Positions 50,606 to 60,760 of a stretch of 64,000 nucleotides of DNA are shown here, piece by piece. Position numbers and translations under genes: made by a program. This stretch comes from Octopus bimaculoides (taxonomy: Eukaryota). The number at the start of each line of letters is the position of its first letter. Position 1 is the first letter of the stretch. Below the pieces are notes generated by a model. It had not been told where the DNA came from, ran no database searches, and saw only the letters and a program-made list of their open reading frames with translations. The DNA is taken from the NCBI RefSeq assembly GCF_001194135.2, contig NC_068998.1, positions 54,246,313 to 54,310,312 of the forward strand, written 5' to 3'.

Positions 50606-53328
50606 CACACATATATATATATATACACACATATATATATATACACACACATATATATATATATACACACATACATATATATATATATATGTATACACAT
50701 ACATATATATATATAGCTTTATGTATATATTTCTCTGCCTGCATGTATGTGTGCATTTGTCTCCAGTGCCAAACCAGGTTCATTGTCAAGTCGGCTGTGC
50801 CAGATTGCCAGCGACCAAACAACTGTGCCCAGTTGTCTCGTTCTATAAAAGCACACAATCTCATTAGTCTGCACAATGACTAAATTTGATGGATTCTCTT
50901 CAGATCTGGAGGCCATGAATTACAGAACCCATTGGCCGATGCCGGTCATCTCTGTAGACTTTATCTTAAAGCTGTGTTTCAAAGAAAAACAGTCATCTAT
51001 TTTACACTGCATTCATTGTTGATGTTGCTGTTGTTGATGATGATATAATCAAATTGGAGAGGTATGATGAAACAGAAGCCTGCTTTTTCCCCCCACCCCA
51101 TCTTATGGCTATAATCATAGCAAAAATATAAATGTGTACATTTAAGTTTTAAAAATTGGGTCACATATTTGTGACGGTAATGGGGGCAGAGGAGAGGCAA
51201 ATACCTCCAGGCAATTTGGCTTTGTTGCTTTCTCTTTTTTAATATCGTTGAAGATACAACAATGTGCAGCACTTTGTACAGGGTCGTTGCGTCTGCTAGA
51301 AATAGTAGCTAAATCTCTTATGAATCACCTTAACCCTTTTGTTACCGTATTTCAGTTGAGAAGCTCTCTGTTTCATTCAATTAATTTAAAATATAATAAA
51401 GAATTTAGTAAAATAACTTCATTATCATTCAGCTAGTGTTAGGAACATAAACTGGGACTAAGGTTTGGGTGGAAGAACTTTTGAAAGCAAGACATTTGTA
51501 CTCGAGAGCCAGGGGCGGTTTCATCCGGGTTGGTATCGAAAGTGTTAAAAAGGGATGGAGACATTTGATAATGTGGTCCTACAAAGTGTCTAAAAACAAA
51601 TTGAGTCAGAGACTGTTAAACCTTTCATTTATGTAAGTCTGTGCAATCTGTAGCTGAGTTCATGTTATTGTTGAATTATTTTTACAGCTTTTCTCCCCTC
51701 TTCAAGTTTCTATTTTTATTTTTGGATATTTCCGAGATAATTGATTTTTCTACGAGATAGGCTTCACAAACTTCAGCACTCTGTCGAGATATAAGGGTGC
51801 TGACCCTGTTTCCATTTAAAGCAAGCTGAAACAAGACAGGTTGTTGTCCATTGCCTAATAGCACAACACACAAGGGGAGATGACGACGACAAGGATGATT
51901 GTAATAATAAGATTTTACTGCTTAATCATGTGATCTGCTATCTAATAGCCTGACCTTGTGGCTATTATATCTTTTGAAACTGCTATAATTTATAAATAAA
52001 TACTTCAAGCAGACCAGATATCTTTTTAACCTATTATTTCATTATCAAAAAACGTGCATAAAACTGAATGTTTTAGTTAAGTCAATATTTAGCGAAAATG
52101 TTCTTTGAATTTGCAGTCAACCCAAGGAACTCATTGGGAAGTTGTTTTGCTCTGGTTTTGTTGTTATTGTTTAACTCAGGATTAGCTCTGATTAAGCCAG
52201 CCTTGAATTAATCCTTTTCTTACCATTTTCCTATTGGAATACACTGCCTTTGTTTCAATTAATTTCAATGGCCTCACTAATGCTGATGGCAGGAAAAAGG
52301 CACCCAGTATATACTGTAAAGTGGTTGGCATTAGGAAGGGCATCCAACCATAGAAAGCATACCAAAGCAGACAGTGGGGCATGACCCCTTGGATTCTGTC
52401 AAACCACCCGTCTCATACCAGCATGGATAAATAGTTCAATATTCAATGAAGTCATTAGTGCATAATTTCCTTTTCAATGGAATTTATTTTCTTCTGAATG
52501 TGGTTTCAAAAAATTCTTTAAAATATTTGATTTATGGTTTTTCAAAATGGTTTCTTCATTGAAACTCAGAACAAATGATCAGCTGAGATTTCGGAAGCCT
52601 TCACCTTCCAAATCCCGTTGCTGTTTCTCATAATTTACTTTGACAATGATGTATTGGATGATGGAATGGCAGAGTATTGGGACAAAATGCATTACAGGTA
52701 CCAAACCTCTTATTCACAATCCAGAAATCCAGCTGTCTTTGAATTTCGTGGGCTGTAGTAGTTCACCGCACAACCACTTTGTATTGGTTTCCAGGGCACA
52801 TGCGTCACACAATGCCAGATCAAACAGACCCTGCTTTAGAAATGTATTAATTTGTATATGTTATACAATTTTGTTCTTTATTTTGCGTTGTTTATTTTGT
52901 ATTTTCGGTACGTATTCGGCGGCCTGTGTCCAGGAATCACAAAACACGATTTGCATTCATCCTGTCTCCTGCTCTGACCTAAACTGTTTTTTCCCCCTCT
53001 TTTGTTTCCAGTTTCTATTGGACGAAACCAACCCCTGAAACCAGAGAAACCTAAATGGAAAAGTGATGTTCCATTGACTGAAGGACAGCTCAGAAGTAAA
53101 AGAGATGAATTCTGGGACACAGCCCCTGCATTTGAAGGCAGAAAAGAGATCTGGGATGCACTTAAAGCTGCTGCGTATGCTCTGGAAACCGGAGACCATT
53201 CACTAGCTCAAGCCATCGTTGATGGAGCCAATATATCATTACCAAATGGTAAGTTTATTCCATAACTTTACCCTGATTGAGTTTAATGAACCAGGGATTT
53301 CACCATGTAGCTACTTCTTAATGACTCT

Positions 53329-53364
<36 letters not shown>

Positions 53365-56300
53365 GGTTCTGTTTCCTCATCCTCTCCTATCTGCTAGGAA
53401 CAAGATAACCCACTGGTGCTACAGAATGAATGGAAAGATATGTAGATCATTTAGTTCATTCTTAGTTTTTTATGGGGAGTATTGAGACTATGGTGGGGAG
53501 GAAGGGCATAAAAACTGCCATACTTAATAGAATTAGCACATTTGAGGGCATACAAGATGCACTTGTTTTCCAAAAAAACGATGTCTCTGAAGATCACCCC
53601 TGAGTCTATATGTGAATTCAGAGTGGTTGATGGACAAATGGAGACAAAATGGGGGTGGGGATTAGAGATGAGAGGAAAGGCATCCAGCTGTAAAAAAGTG
53701 AACCTTTAAAAAGAATGGAATGTGCATACAAGACATGGTCCTCAGGTTTTTTTTGTTTTTTTTGTACATAAGGAGAGCAGTGTGACAGCAATTGAGATGC
53801 AACTCTTTCCATGATGCCCTGTCTAGCCCATTGCTAGCTTGGAAAAGCAAAAGTCATCATCATCATCGTGGTGATGGTGGTGGTGTAGAAGTCCGTTATT
53901 GATTTCTTATGATTTGGCATAAAACATTTTTTCCTGTAAAAGAAAGGACCAATTTGATCAAAGCAAAAGAGGGATTCCTTATTTTATCAATACCCAGGGA
54001 CAAATGTCAAATGGAATCTGCAGTCAGAACATTAACAATTAGCTGTAATTCAAAGGGGCCAGCCTTGTCATATTTTGTGTAAGGCTGAATCTCCCTGAGA
54101 ACTACGTTAATGGTATGCATGTCTGTGGAGTACTCAGCCACTTGCAAGTTAAATTTTATCCTCGTGTGGTAATGAAAAGTGAAAGTGACATCCAATATGT
54201 GCTGTGTCTTTATATCTCTGTATCAATTTTTCTTTGGATCTATGTATCTATTGTCTCTCTTTCTCTGTGTTCCTCCTCTCTCTCACTTTTAATTTAACAA
54301 TGTGTGTATTTATATATCAACTTTTCTTTCAATCTATGTATCTACTTTTTTTGTGGTGTGATAAGCATTTAAAAACACAAAACGAACATTGTCCCTTTCA
54401 CTCTCTCTGTTTCCATCTGAATCCATTCAGCAGTTGTTGAGATATCTCATCCACAGACAAACAAACCAACACAACTGAAAACAATACCTCTGCCTTAGTG
54501 AAGGTGGAGGTAATAATGGTTTCAAATTTTGGCTTAGGGCTAGTAGTTTTTGAAGGGAGAAGGAAGTTGATTACATCAACTCCAGTACTTACTCAACTGG
54601 TGCTTAATTTATCGACCCCATAAGGATGAAAAGCAAAGTCAACCTTGGCAGAATTTGAACTCAAAACATAAAGACAGACTAAATGCCACTAAGCATTTCA
54701 CCCAGCATGCTAACGATTCTGCCAGCTTACCACCTTAATAATAATAATAATGCTTATTCACCTCCTAGCTGGATATATGAAGTCCCAGTAATATTGATTT
54801 ATTTTCACAATTGGGAGTGCAATCATGCAACCAACAAACATTTACTTTGTGAAAATGTCCAGAATATAATATATTTCTGTATTCGAATACATTTCAGCTG
54901 TGTTCATAACTAACACAATCATTAAGGTGGTAATTTTTCAGACTATTAACCTCATCTTTACAGTGTTTATCTACAATATTTACCTTAACTCCATGTTTCA
55001 CCTGGTTTCGTCTGTAACTGTTCTTCCTTCCAATATATATTTACATTATCTTCTGACTGGATTCAAACTAGTTTCAATTGAGATTCAGCCAATCAAAACA
55101 CTATTTATTGTAAATATACACTAAAAAGAGAAGTTGTTTGCAAATTACCATTCTAATAACAATATCGCATTGCAGTATTTTACGCATTTATAGTCTCTCT
55201 TATGATTTTGAATATATTTTCAGCCAGTCACTCGTCATGGACTGACTACTTGTTCACACATGCAAACAAGTCTCTGCTACTTTTCCTGGGCTAAATTTTT
55301 TATTACTCACATTATGTTGCATCATTTTATCATCCGTTTCCCCGTGCTTGTATCGGTTAAACTGAATTTGTTAAGGCAGGTTTCCTATGGCTGGATGCTC
55401 ATCCTGTTTCTAAGTAAGGCAATATTTCCCTGTTGGCCAGACATGCTTTCACAGAAGATTAAAAACAAAAGACACTTCTCTGTTATTGTGATACTCTCTC
55501 GCACACACCCACATGTGTATGACTGTGCAATTTCCATTTCCTTTAACTTTTTTCAAGTTTTATTTTACCCCCACCCACCTCCTGGCTTTCGTTTCTTTTC
55601 TCACACAATCTTAATTGATGTTTGTCTGGAGTTGAAACTATTTTTGTATCTTTGTGTCTCCTTGTTTGTCAATTGTGTTGACAAACCACTTTTTATATCA
55701 ACTTCATAGTTGAGAATTAAAGTAAAGGACACTCACGCAGCTCATTCGTTGAGCTGCGTAGGCATGACTGTGCAATTAAGGAGTTCATTTCCAAATCACC
55801 TGGTTTCAGGTTCAGTCCCACTGCATGGCCAGTGAACCCCAGATTCACCAAATCCTTGTCAGTGAATTTGGCAGGCAGAAACTCAAAGAAGCCTATTTTG
55901 TGTGTGTGTATTTATGTCTCCTTGTAAAAAATGATTATTTTTGATGCATTCAATTTGCAGTGGTTGTGGTGGTCATGGTCGTCGTCATCGTCCAAAGTTC
56001 CATTGAAAGGTTCTATTTTGAATGACATAGCATAACAGCTATTCTTAGCTTAGAATTCCATGNNNNNNNNNNNNNNNNNNNNNNNNNNNNNNNNNNNNNN
56101 NNNNNNNNNNNNNNNNNNNNNNNNNNNNNNNNNNNNNNNNNNNNNNNNNNNNNNNNNNNNNNNNNNNNNNNNNNNNNNNNNNNNNNNNNNNNNNNNNNNN
56201 NNNNNNNNNNNNNNNNNNNNNNNNNNNNNNNNNNNNNNNNNNNNNNNNNNNNNNNNNNNNNNNNNNNNNNNNNNNNNNNNNNNNNNNNNNNNNNNNNNNN

Positions 56301-57327
56301 NNNNNNNNNNNNNNNNNNNNNNNNNNNNNNNNNNNNNNNNNNNNNNNNNNNNNNNNNNNNNNNNNNNNNNNNNNNNNNNNNNNNNNNNNNNNNNNNNNNN
56401 NNNNNNNNNNNNNNNNNNNNNNNNNNNNNNNNNNNNNNNNNNNNNNNNNNNNNNNNNNNNNNNNNNNNNNNNNNNNNNNNNNNNNNNNNNNNNNNNNNNN
56501 NNNNNNNNNNNNNNNNNNNNNNNNNNNNNNNNNNNNNNNNNNNNNNNNNNNNNNNNNNNNNNNNNNNNNNNNNNNNNNNNNNNNNNNNNNNNNNNNNNNN
56601 NNNNNNNNNNNNNNNNNNNNNNNNNNNNNNNNNNNNNNNNNNNNNNNNNNNNNNNNNNNNNNNNNNNNNNNNNNNNNNNNNNNNGTTGTGGTGGTCATGG
56701 TCGTCGTCATCGTCCAAAGTTCCATTGAAAGGTTCTATTTTGAATGACATAGCATAACAGCTATTCTTAGCTTAGAATTCCATGTTTATCCAACTTCCTT
56801 TCAGGTGTCAAACATAACTTGCCCTCTGGTTTCTGTTTGCTATTACCCGCATTTCAATAGATTACAGTGTAGATGCGACAGCAGAATGAAGATCTTATAA
56901 ATAGTTATAAAATCTTATAACCAAACACATACACATAGAAAAGTGGAAGTCAAAAAGACGATGGTTGTTTTTGAATTTCATTAAAACCCTGCATGGTTTA
57001 TGGCATTTATTAATGAATGAACAGAAATTCTCCTTACATGCTAAAAAGGGCAAGAAAATGCATAAAATATTACCCCAAGCAGTTTGTTTAGAGCATCTTA
57101 ACCGGTTGGTGTGTGTGTGTTCTCCTTTGTGCAGAAGAAAGAATGAGAGGAGGTTGTGGATTTAGAAAAGTAATTAGGTCAAGAGACTGCCAAGTGGAAA
57201 GTCAGTTCCAGACATAATGCTAACTATTCACTGCTGTCTAAAACATGCAAAGCTCACTTTCATATAGAATGTTGCAGCTCTGTCTGTCTGTATGTAAGTA
57301 TATATATATATATATATNNNNNNNNNN

Positions 57328-57369
<42 letters not shown>

Positions 57370-59887
57370 AAATGTCTGTGTTTGGAAAACAGGAAATAGA
57401 GATGAAGTAACATCCAACAATTGCAGGACTGAGGCTGCTTGAAGGAATTCTGGATTTTACCATTCATGGGATCTATTTTATGGTTGTTGTTGTTTAGCCC
57501 CAGGTCTTCCCTAATCAAGTGGGCCTATGTTCTGAGGTATTGCAGACATGACCATCATGTCTGTCTTTAAAATAGGGGTGTATTTATGATTGTATAATTA
57601 TCCAAAGTGTCCCGCTTTTTTTTAAGATGGTAGGGTGTGTTTTGAGGGAAATTTTCAAGTGGTTTGAGCAACTGCCTAGAAGCCATGTAGTTATTAATAC
57701 ACTCGACAAGAGGAGCTGTCAGCCAGGAAGTTATCCAGGCTAAACAAGCTTCTGTGACAGCTTTGCTTTACAATAATAATAATAATAATAAAATTTTAAA
57801 AATTATCATACAATGATGTACCATAATACTAGCTATGGCACCAAAAATTTGGAGAGACAAACTGTTTGAGATAAAGATTACCCAGGCATCAGGAGGCAGA
57901 GAACCATGGCTAAGGTGTCTGTATATTGTGTGTCATCATTGTTTAACATCCACCTTCCATGCTGGCATGGGTTGGACAGTTTGACAGGAGCCAGCCAGGT
58001 AGAAGACTACACCAGGTTACTGCGTCTAAAATTCTTCTTCCGGTTTCTGCTGCCTCTTGTTATTATGGGTCTTATATCAGTTGAAGATTTCAATAGAGTT
58101 AATGGCCCCGTTTAATAAATATTCCAGCAAGTTTGTCTGAATATTTAATAGTTGGCTTAGATTTATATTACACTTTGAGCAGCTGAAGTTTCTTACTTGC
58201 CATGGCAGCTCAGGAGATATTTCTCTGTAATACTTCCAACCTGTGTGATCTTAGTTCCTTTCAAATTATTCTAAAAAGCAGAAAGGTTTTAAGTGAGAAT
58301 ATCCTGTTTCAATCCCAAAACCAAGATGCTTACCTGAATGTAACTCTCATTGTGCACATATATATTGTTCATGAGGGAAGAAGGTCTGTAAGCTGATGGA
58401 AAGCAGACGCATGTATACGCATTCTCTCAAAAGCCAACAGAGCTAATCAACACAGCATTGCTCAAGAAATACGGAGACACACACTGACAAAAGCATGATG
58501 CCTTTTAGAGAAATATTTATGAGCCGAGTAGAGATTTAATGAATATTTAATGGGAACCTTTGAAGGAGAGAGTCTGTTTCTTTGATACTTGTAGTTGTAC
58601 ATGGAAAACTTTGCCTTAGATATTCTTTTGACAAAAGTTACACAGAAGAAGTGGGCGTAGAATAAAACAAATTTCTCTCGCAATTGCATTTACTGGAATT
58701 TCAGCCACCTTATTGACTGAAGGTAGAGTAGTATGTTTGATTTCAAGTCATCATCATCATCATCATTTAACATCCATTTTCCATGTTGGCATAGGTTGAA
58801 TGGTTTGATGGGAGCTGGCAAACCAGAGGATTGCACCAGGCTCCAATTGTTTGTTTTGGCAGGGTTTTTACAGCTGGATGCCCTTCCTAACGCCAACCAC
58901 TTTACAGTGTGCTAGGTGCTTTTTCCATGACACATCCCCCCATAACTTAGCAGTTCCATAAGAGACGAATACAATAAGTCCTAGGGTCAATTTATTCAGC
59001 CAAAATCTTCGAGGTGATGCACCAGCATGGCCACACTCCAAAGACTGAAACAAGTAAAACGTTATCCTTTTGGGGGTGAAGGGGTTCAAGAGAGTAGGGT
59101 GCCATTTGAGTGGGATTTGATTGCTATTTCTAGCAAGTGGAGTGTGACAGTTTTTAGTTGTTTAATAATTTCATCAAAAAACTCAACTTTTTGTTGTTGT
59201 TGTTGTTGTTAGTCTTCCCAAGAAATCTCCTAGATTGTGACTGAACCTACTTAGAATCACATGGACATGTCTTAAGAATTAACTGACCATCTACTTCATT
59301 TAATAGGTCTTCTCAGTCTAAGCTGACCACGTCCATTCAGGACCAGCAGCAACAACAACAAGGTAGTGTTTGTGGACCAGAAATAACTGCTGCTGTGTAA
59401 CCTCAATACAAATCTATTATCATCAACTAATAACTAATCAATACCCTTGGTTTACAATTGCTAATCTCAATGTGTTTGCTCTATTTTAGGTACTTTAATG
59501 GACTGCTACGATGAACTAGGCAATCGATATCAACTTCCTGTGTATGTGTTAAGTGCCCCGACCAATTTAATTGAGGAAGTCAGTGACAGTGATACAATAC
59601 AAGATGCAGACTCGGCGTCCCCTGGTCTGGAACTACCAATCAAATTCCGTCTTTCACACACTAATAAAGACTTAAAGTTGTACGTTCGAACAACGGACAC
59701 TGTATGGAAAGTTAAGAAAAGAATATTCGAAGAAGAAGGCATAGATCCTTCTCGTCAGCGATGGTTTTTCTCTGGTCGACTCCTTAGTGATAAAATGAAA
59801 ATTGAAGACACAAAAATTTCCAAAGGATTTGTAGTACAAGTCATTGTATCGCCATCTCCATGTAATCCAGCTGGTGACCATGCTTAA
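9762..59887 (+). CDS. UBTD1/UBTD2: Ubiquitin domain-containing protein (UBTD1/UBTD2, DC-UbP family), complete 3-exon CDS join(9762..9828,53012..53248,59490..59887), 233 aa
   Basis: The spliced CDS is 67+237+398=702 nt and open from ATG to TAA. Both introns are GT-AG and phase 1. The protein [41 protein letters not shown]...[15 protein letters not shown]...[14 protein letters not shown]...[11 protein letters not shown]...FVVQVIV matches, from recall, human UBTD2 ([25 protein letters not shown]..). Invertebrates have one co-orthologue of UBTD1 and UBTD2. Confidence 0.97.
12156..12202. repeat. (GATA)n microsatellite
   Basis: Directly visible tandem TAGA units with two TAAA interruptions. Confidence 0.95.
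13325..13505 (+). mobile_element. tRNA-derived SINE family A (representative copy)
   Basis: Conserved string gaatcgttagc..aaatgcttagc..gccgaggtcgactttgcctttcatcc..gataaaataagtacc. Other copies lie at approximately 2415-2575(-), 2655-2820(+), 4140-4350(-), 7255-7380(+), 27312-27505(+), 30140-30270(-), 33617-33835(+), 39170-39310(+), 40960-41140(+), 54525-54735(-), 61510-61690(+) and 61930-62110(+). Confidence 0.85.
13830..14245 (-). mobile_element. Composite tRNA-headed SINE family B (head + middle module + (GAT)n tail), representative copy
   Basis: The head tggctgtgtggtaagaagcttgcttcccaaccacatggtt..gggttcagtcccactg recurs at ~14715-14875(-), 16190-16340(-), 29010-29150(-), 31635-31880(+), 32520-32880(+), 36215-36600(-), 37130-37460(+), 42412-42612(+), 44235-44400(+), 45365-45660(+) and 55765-55910(+). 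The middle module ggtaatatttcccc..ggccagacatg recurs with it. Confidence 0.8.
15540..16010 (-). mobile_element. Tc1/mariner transposase catalytic-domain fragment
   Basis: Across frameshifts the minus strand reads [44 protein letters not shown] and [27 protein letters not shown]. Confidence 0.85.
16440..16780 (-). mobile_element. Highly decayed RTE-like LINE C-terminal fragment
   Basis: [23 protein letters not shown] resembles the RTE motif ILQGKI.GRR.RGRP..RWLDNI. Confidence 0.45.
18075..18490 (-). mobile_element. Decayed RTE LINE ORF2 C-terminal fragment
   Basis: The minus strand contains, with stops and frameshifts, VMLHG, L.W.G and GRGRQRKTW-like motifs. Confidence 0.65.
20917..21130. 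repeat. (GT)n and (CT)n microsatellites
   Basis: (TG)n at ~20919-20957 and (CT)n at ~21080-21130. Confidence 0.95.
21780..22400 (-). mobile_element. Decayed LINE (RTE-like) apurinic endonuclease-domain fragment
   Basis: The minus strand gives [15 protein letters not shown] (compare YAPT..SSEEEKDAF) and [14 protein letters not shown] (compare W.HP....QID). Confidence 0.45.
22440..22552 (-). mobile_element. Mariner transposase N-terminal HTH fragment
   Basis: The minus strand from ATG 22552 reads [34 protein letters not shown], a typical mariner N-terminus (KEHxRHILLYEF..G..A....RNI..V.G). Confidence 0.75.
29610..29860 (+). mobile_element. Degenerate tRNA-headed SINE with an ancient core-like domain
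   Basis: Head ggcctggtggttagagt..ggtttcaactcctgg, then gcattccatctcgggg..tcagtcactcatacacc..ggaaactg..taagctctg, resembling widely distributed metazoan SINE cores (recall only). Confidence 0.4.
33617..33835 (+). mobile_element. SINE family A copy
   Basis: Near full-length copy following a (TTA)n tract. Confidence 0.8.
36215..36600 (-). mobile_element. Composite SINE family B copy
   Basis: Head at ~36600-36430 and middle module at ~36420-36240. Confidence 0.75.
37130..37460 (+). mobile_element. Composite SINE family B copy
   Basis: Head at ~37130-37300 and middle module at ~37320-37460. Confidence 0.75.
38114..38281 (+). mobile_element. RTE LINE reverse-transcriptase fragment
   Basis: [50 protein letters not shown] corresponds to the RT motif F.DLEKAFDRVP..LIWW. 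Confidence 0.8.
39480..39707 (-). mobile_element. tRNA-headed SINE-like element with a hammerhead-ribozyme-like (Penelope-type) 3' module
   Basis: On the minus strand: a tRNA-like head with A box TGGTGTAGTGG (39701-39691) and B box GTTCGATTCC (39656-39647), then an (AAT/GAT)n spacer, then GACAC-CTGATGA-A-GGCTG..CAGCC-GAAAC-GTGTT (39563-39521). Confidence 0.7.
41584..42122. other. Assembly gap (539 N)
   Basis: Run of n. Other large gaps are at 40284-40374, 56063-56684 and 63162-63289, and there are many 10-N gaps. Confidence 1.
49198..50170 (-). mobile_element. Decayed Tc1/mariner DNA transposon (near-complete transposase with stops and a deletion)
   Basis: The minus strand reads ...[21 protein letters not shown] (HTH), [46 protein letters not shown] and [41 protein letters not shown]-like end CAGGGTGAGGCAGAAAGGACGG starts at 50170; the matching end was not seen. 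Confidence 0.9.
50390..50716. repeat. Compound (CT)n/(TA)n/(CA)n microsatellite block
   Basis: Directly visible; it generates several spurious YI/IY ORFs. Confidence 0.95.
53012..53248 (+). CDS. UBTD1/UBTD2: UBTD coding exon 2 (N-terminal ubiquitin-binding domain)
   Basis: A pyrimidine tract ends in ttccAG at 53010-53011 and the donor G|GTAAGT is at 53248/53249. It encodes [78 protein letters not shown] (ORF 53002..53265). Confidence 0.98.
54525..54735 (-). mobile_element. SINE family A copy (UBTD intron 2)
   Basis: Reverse complement of the family A string. Confidence 0.8.
56063..56684. other. Assembly gap (622 N) flanked by an exact 100-bp duplication
   Basis: 55963-56062 is identical to 56685-56784. 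Confidence 0.95.
59490..59887 (+). CDS. UBTD1/UBTD2: UBTD coding exon 3 (end of UBD plus C-terminal ubiquitin-like domain, stop)
   Basis: The acceptor ttttAG is at 59488-59489. It encodes [24 protein letters not shown]...[48 protein letters not shown] (ORF 59498..59887). Confidence 0.98.
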
Positions 59888-60220
59888 CAGGAGTATCATT
59901 AGTAAAATGAAAAATTATTGCTTTTATGGAATACGGCTGATGAAATACCGCCATGGAAAGAAAGAAAAAAAAAAGAAACAAAAGAACATGAATGAATGAT
60001 TGCCTGCCTGTGCATGTATGCATGAATGTTTGCTTATGTGCATGCATGTATGACTGTATGCGTGGCTCTGTGTGTGTGTGTGATTCAGAATGTTAACTGA
60101 CAAAGCGAGAATGGAGAAAGGAAGAGAGAAAAAAAAAATATTGTTTTGAAACCTATTTAAACTAAAGAAAACTTCATGTCTATACATTCCATTTCTATAA
60201 TGGAATGCTGTACAGATAAG

Positions 60221-60226
60221 AATAAA
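60221..60226 (+). terminator. Candidate polyadenylation signal of UBTD
   Basis: First AATAAA noted after the stop codon (~330 nt downstream), just before a large (TA)n-rich block. AATAAA is common in this AT-rich DNA, so a longer UTR is possible. Confidence 0.4.
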
Positions 60227-60261
60227 GGTATACTTGTAAAGGAAAGCATTTTATAACTATA

Positions 60262-60468
60262 CATATGTGTGTATGTATATATATATATATATTCACACAC
60301 ATATATATATATATATATATTCATACATGTGTGTGTGTATATATATGTATATATATGCATATGTATACAAATATATACATATGTATACATATATAGACAT
60401 ATACATATATATATATATATATGTATACATATATAGATATATATATATATATTTGTATACATATATAG

Positions 60469-60499
<31 letters not shown>

Positions 60500-60591
60500 A
60501 ATAGATACATATATATATATACATATATATGTATATATATATATATACATATATATATATAAATAGATACATATATATATACATATATATG

Positions 60592-60627
<36 letters not shown>

Positions 60628-60723
60628 CACATATATCTACATATATATAATATGTATAATCTATATAATATGTGTGTGTATTCTATATATGTTTATTATT
60701 TGTATATTATATGTTTATTATCT

Positions 60724-60757
<34 letters not shown>

Positions 60758-60760
60758 TCA
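60262..60760. repeat. Long compound (TA)n-rich microsatellite downstream of the UBTD stop codon
   Basis: About 500 bp of TA repeats interspersed with TACA/TAGA; source of ORFs 60157..60783. Confidence 0.95.

Noticed and set aside
59935-59970. CTGATGA…GAAA in the UBTD 3' UTR as a second hammerhead
   Set aside because: No stem II or stem I pairing can be formed.
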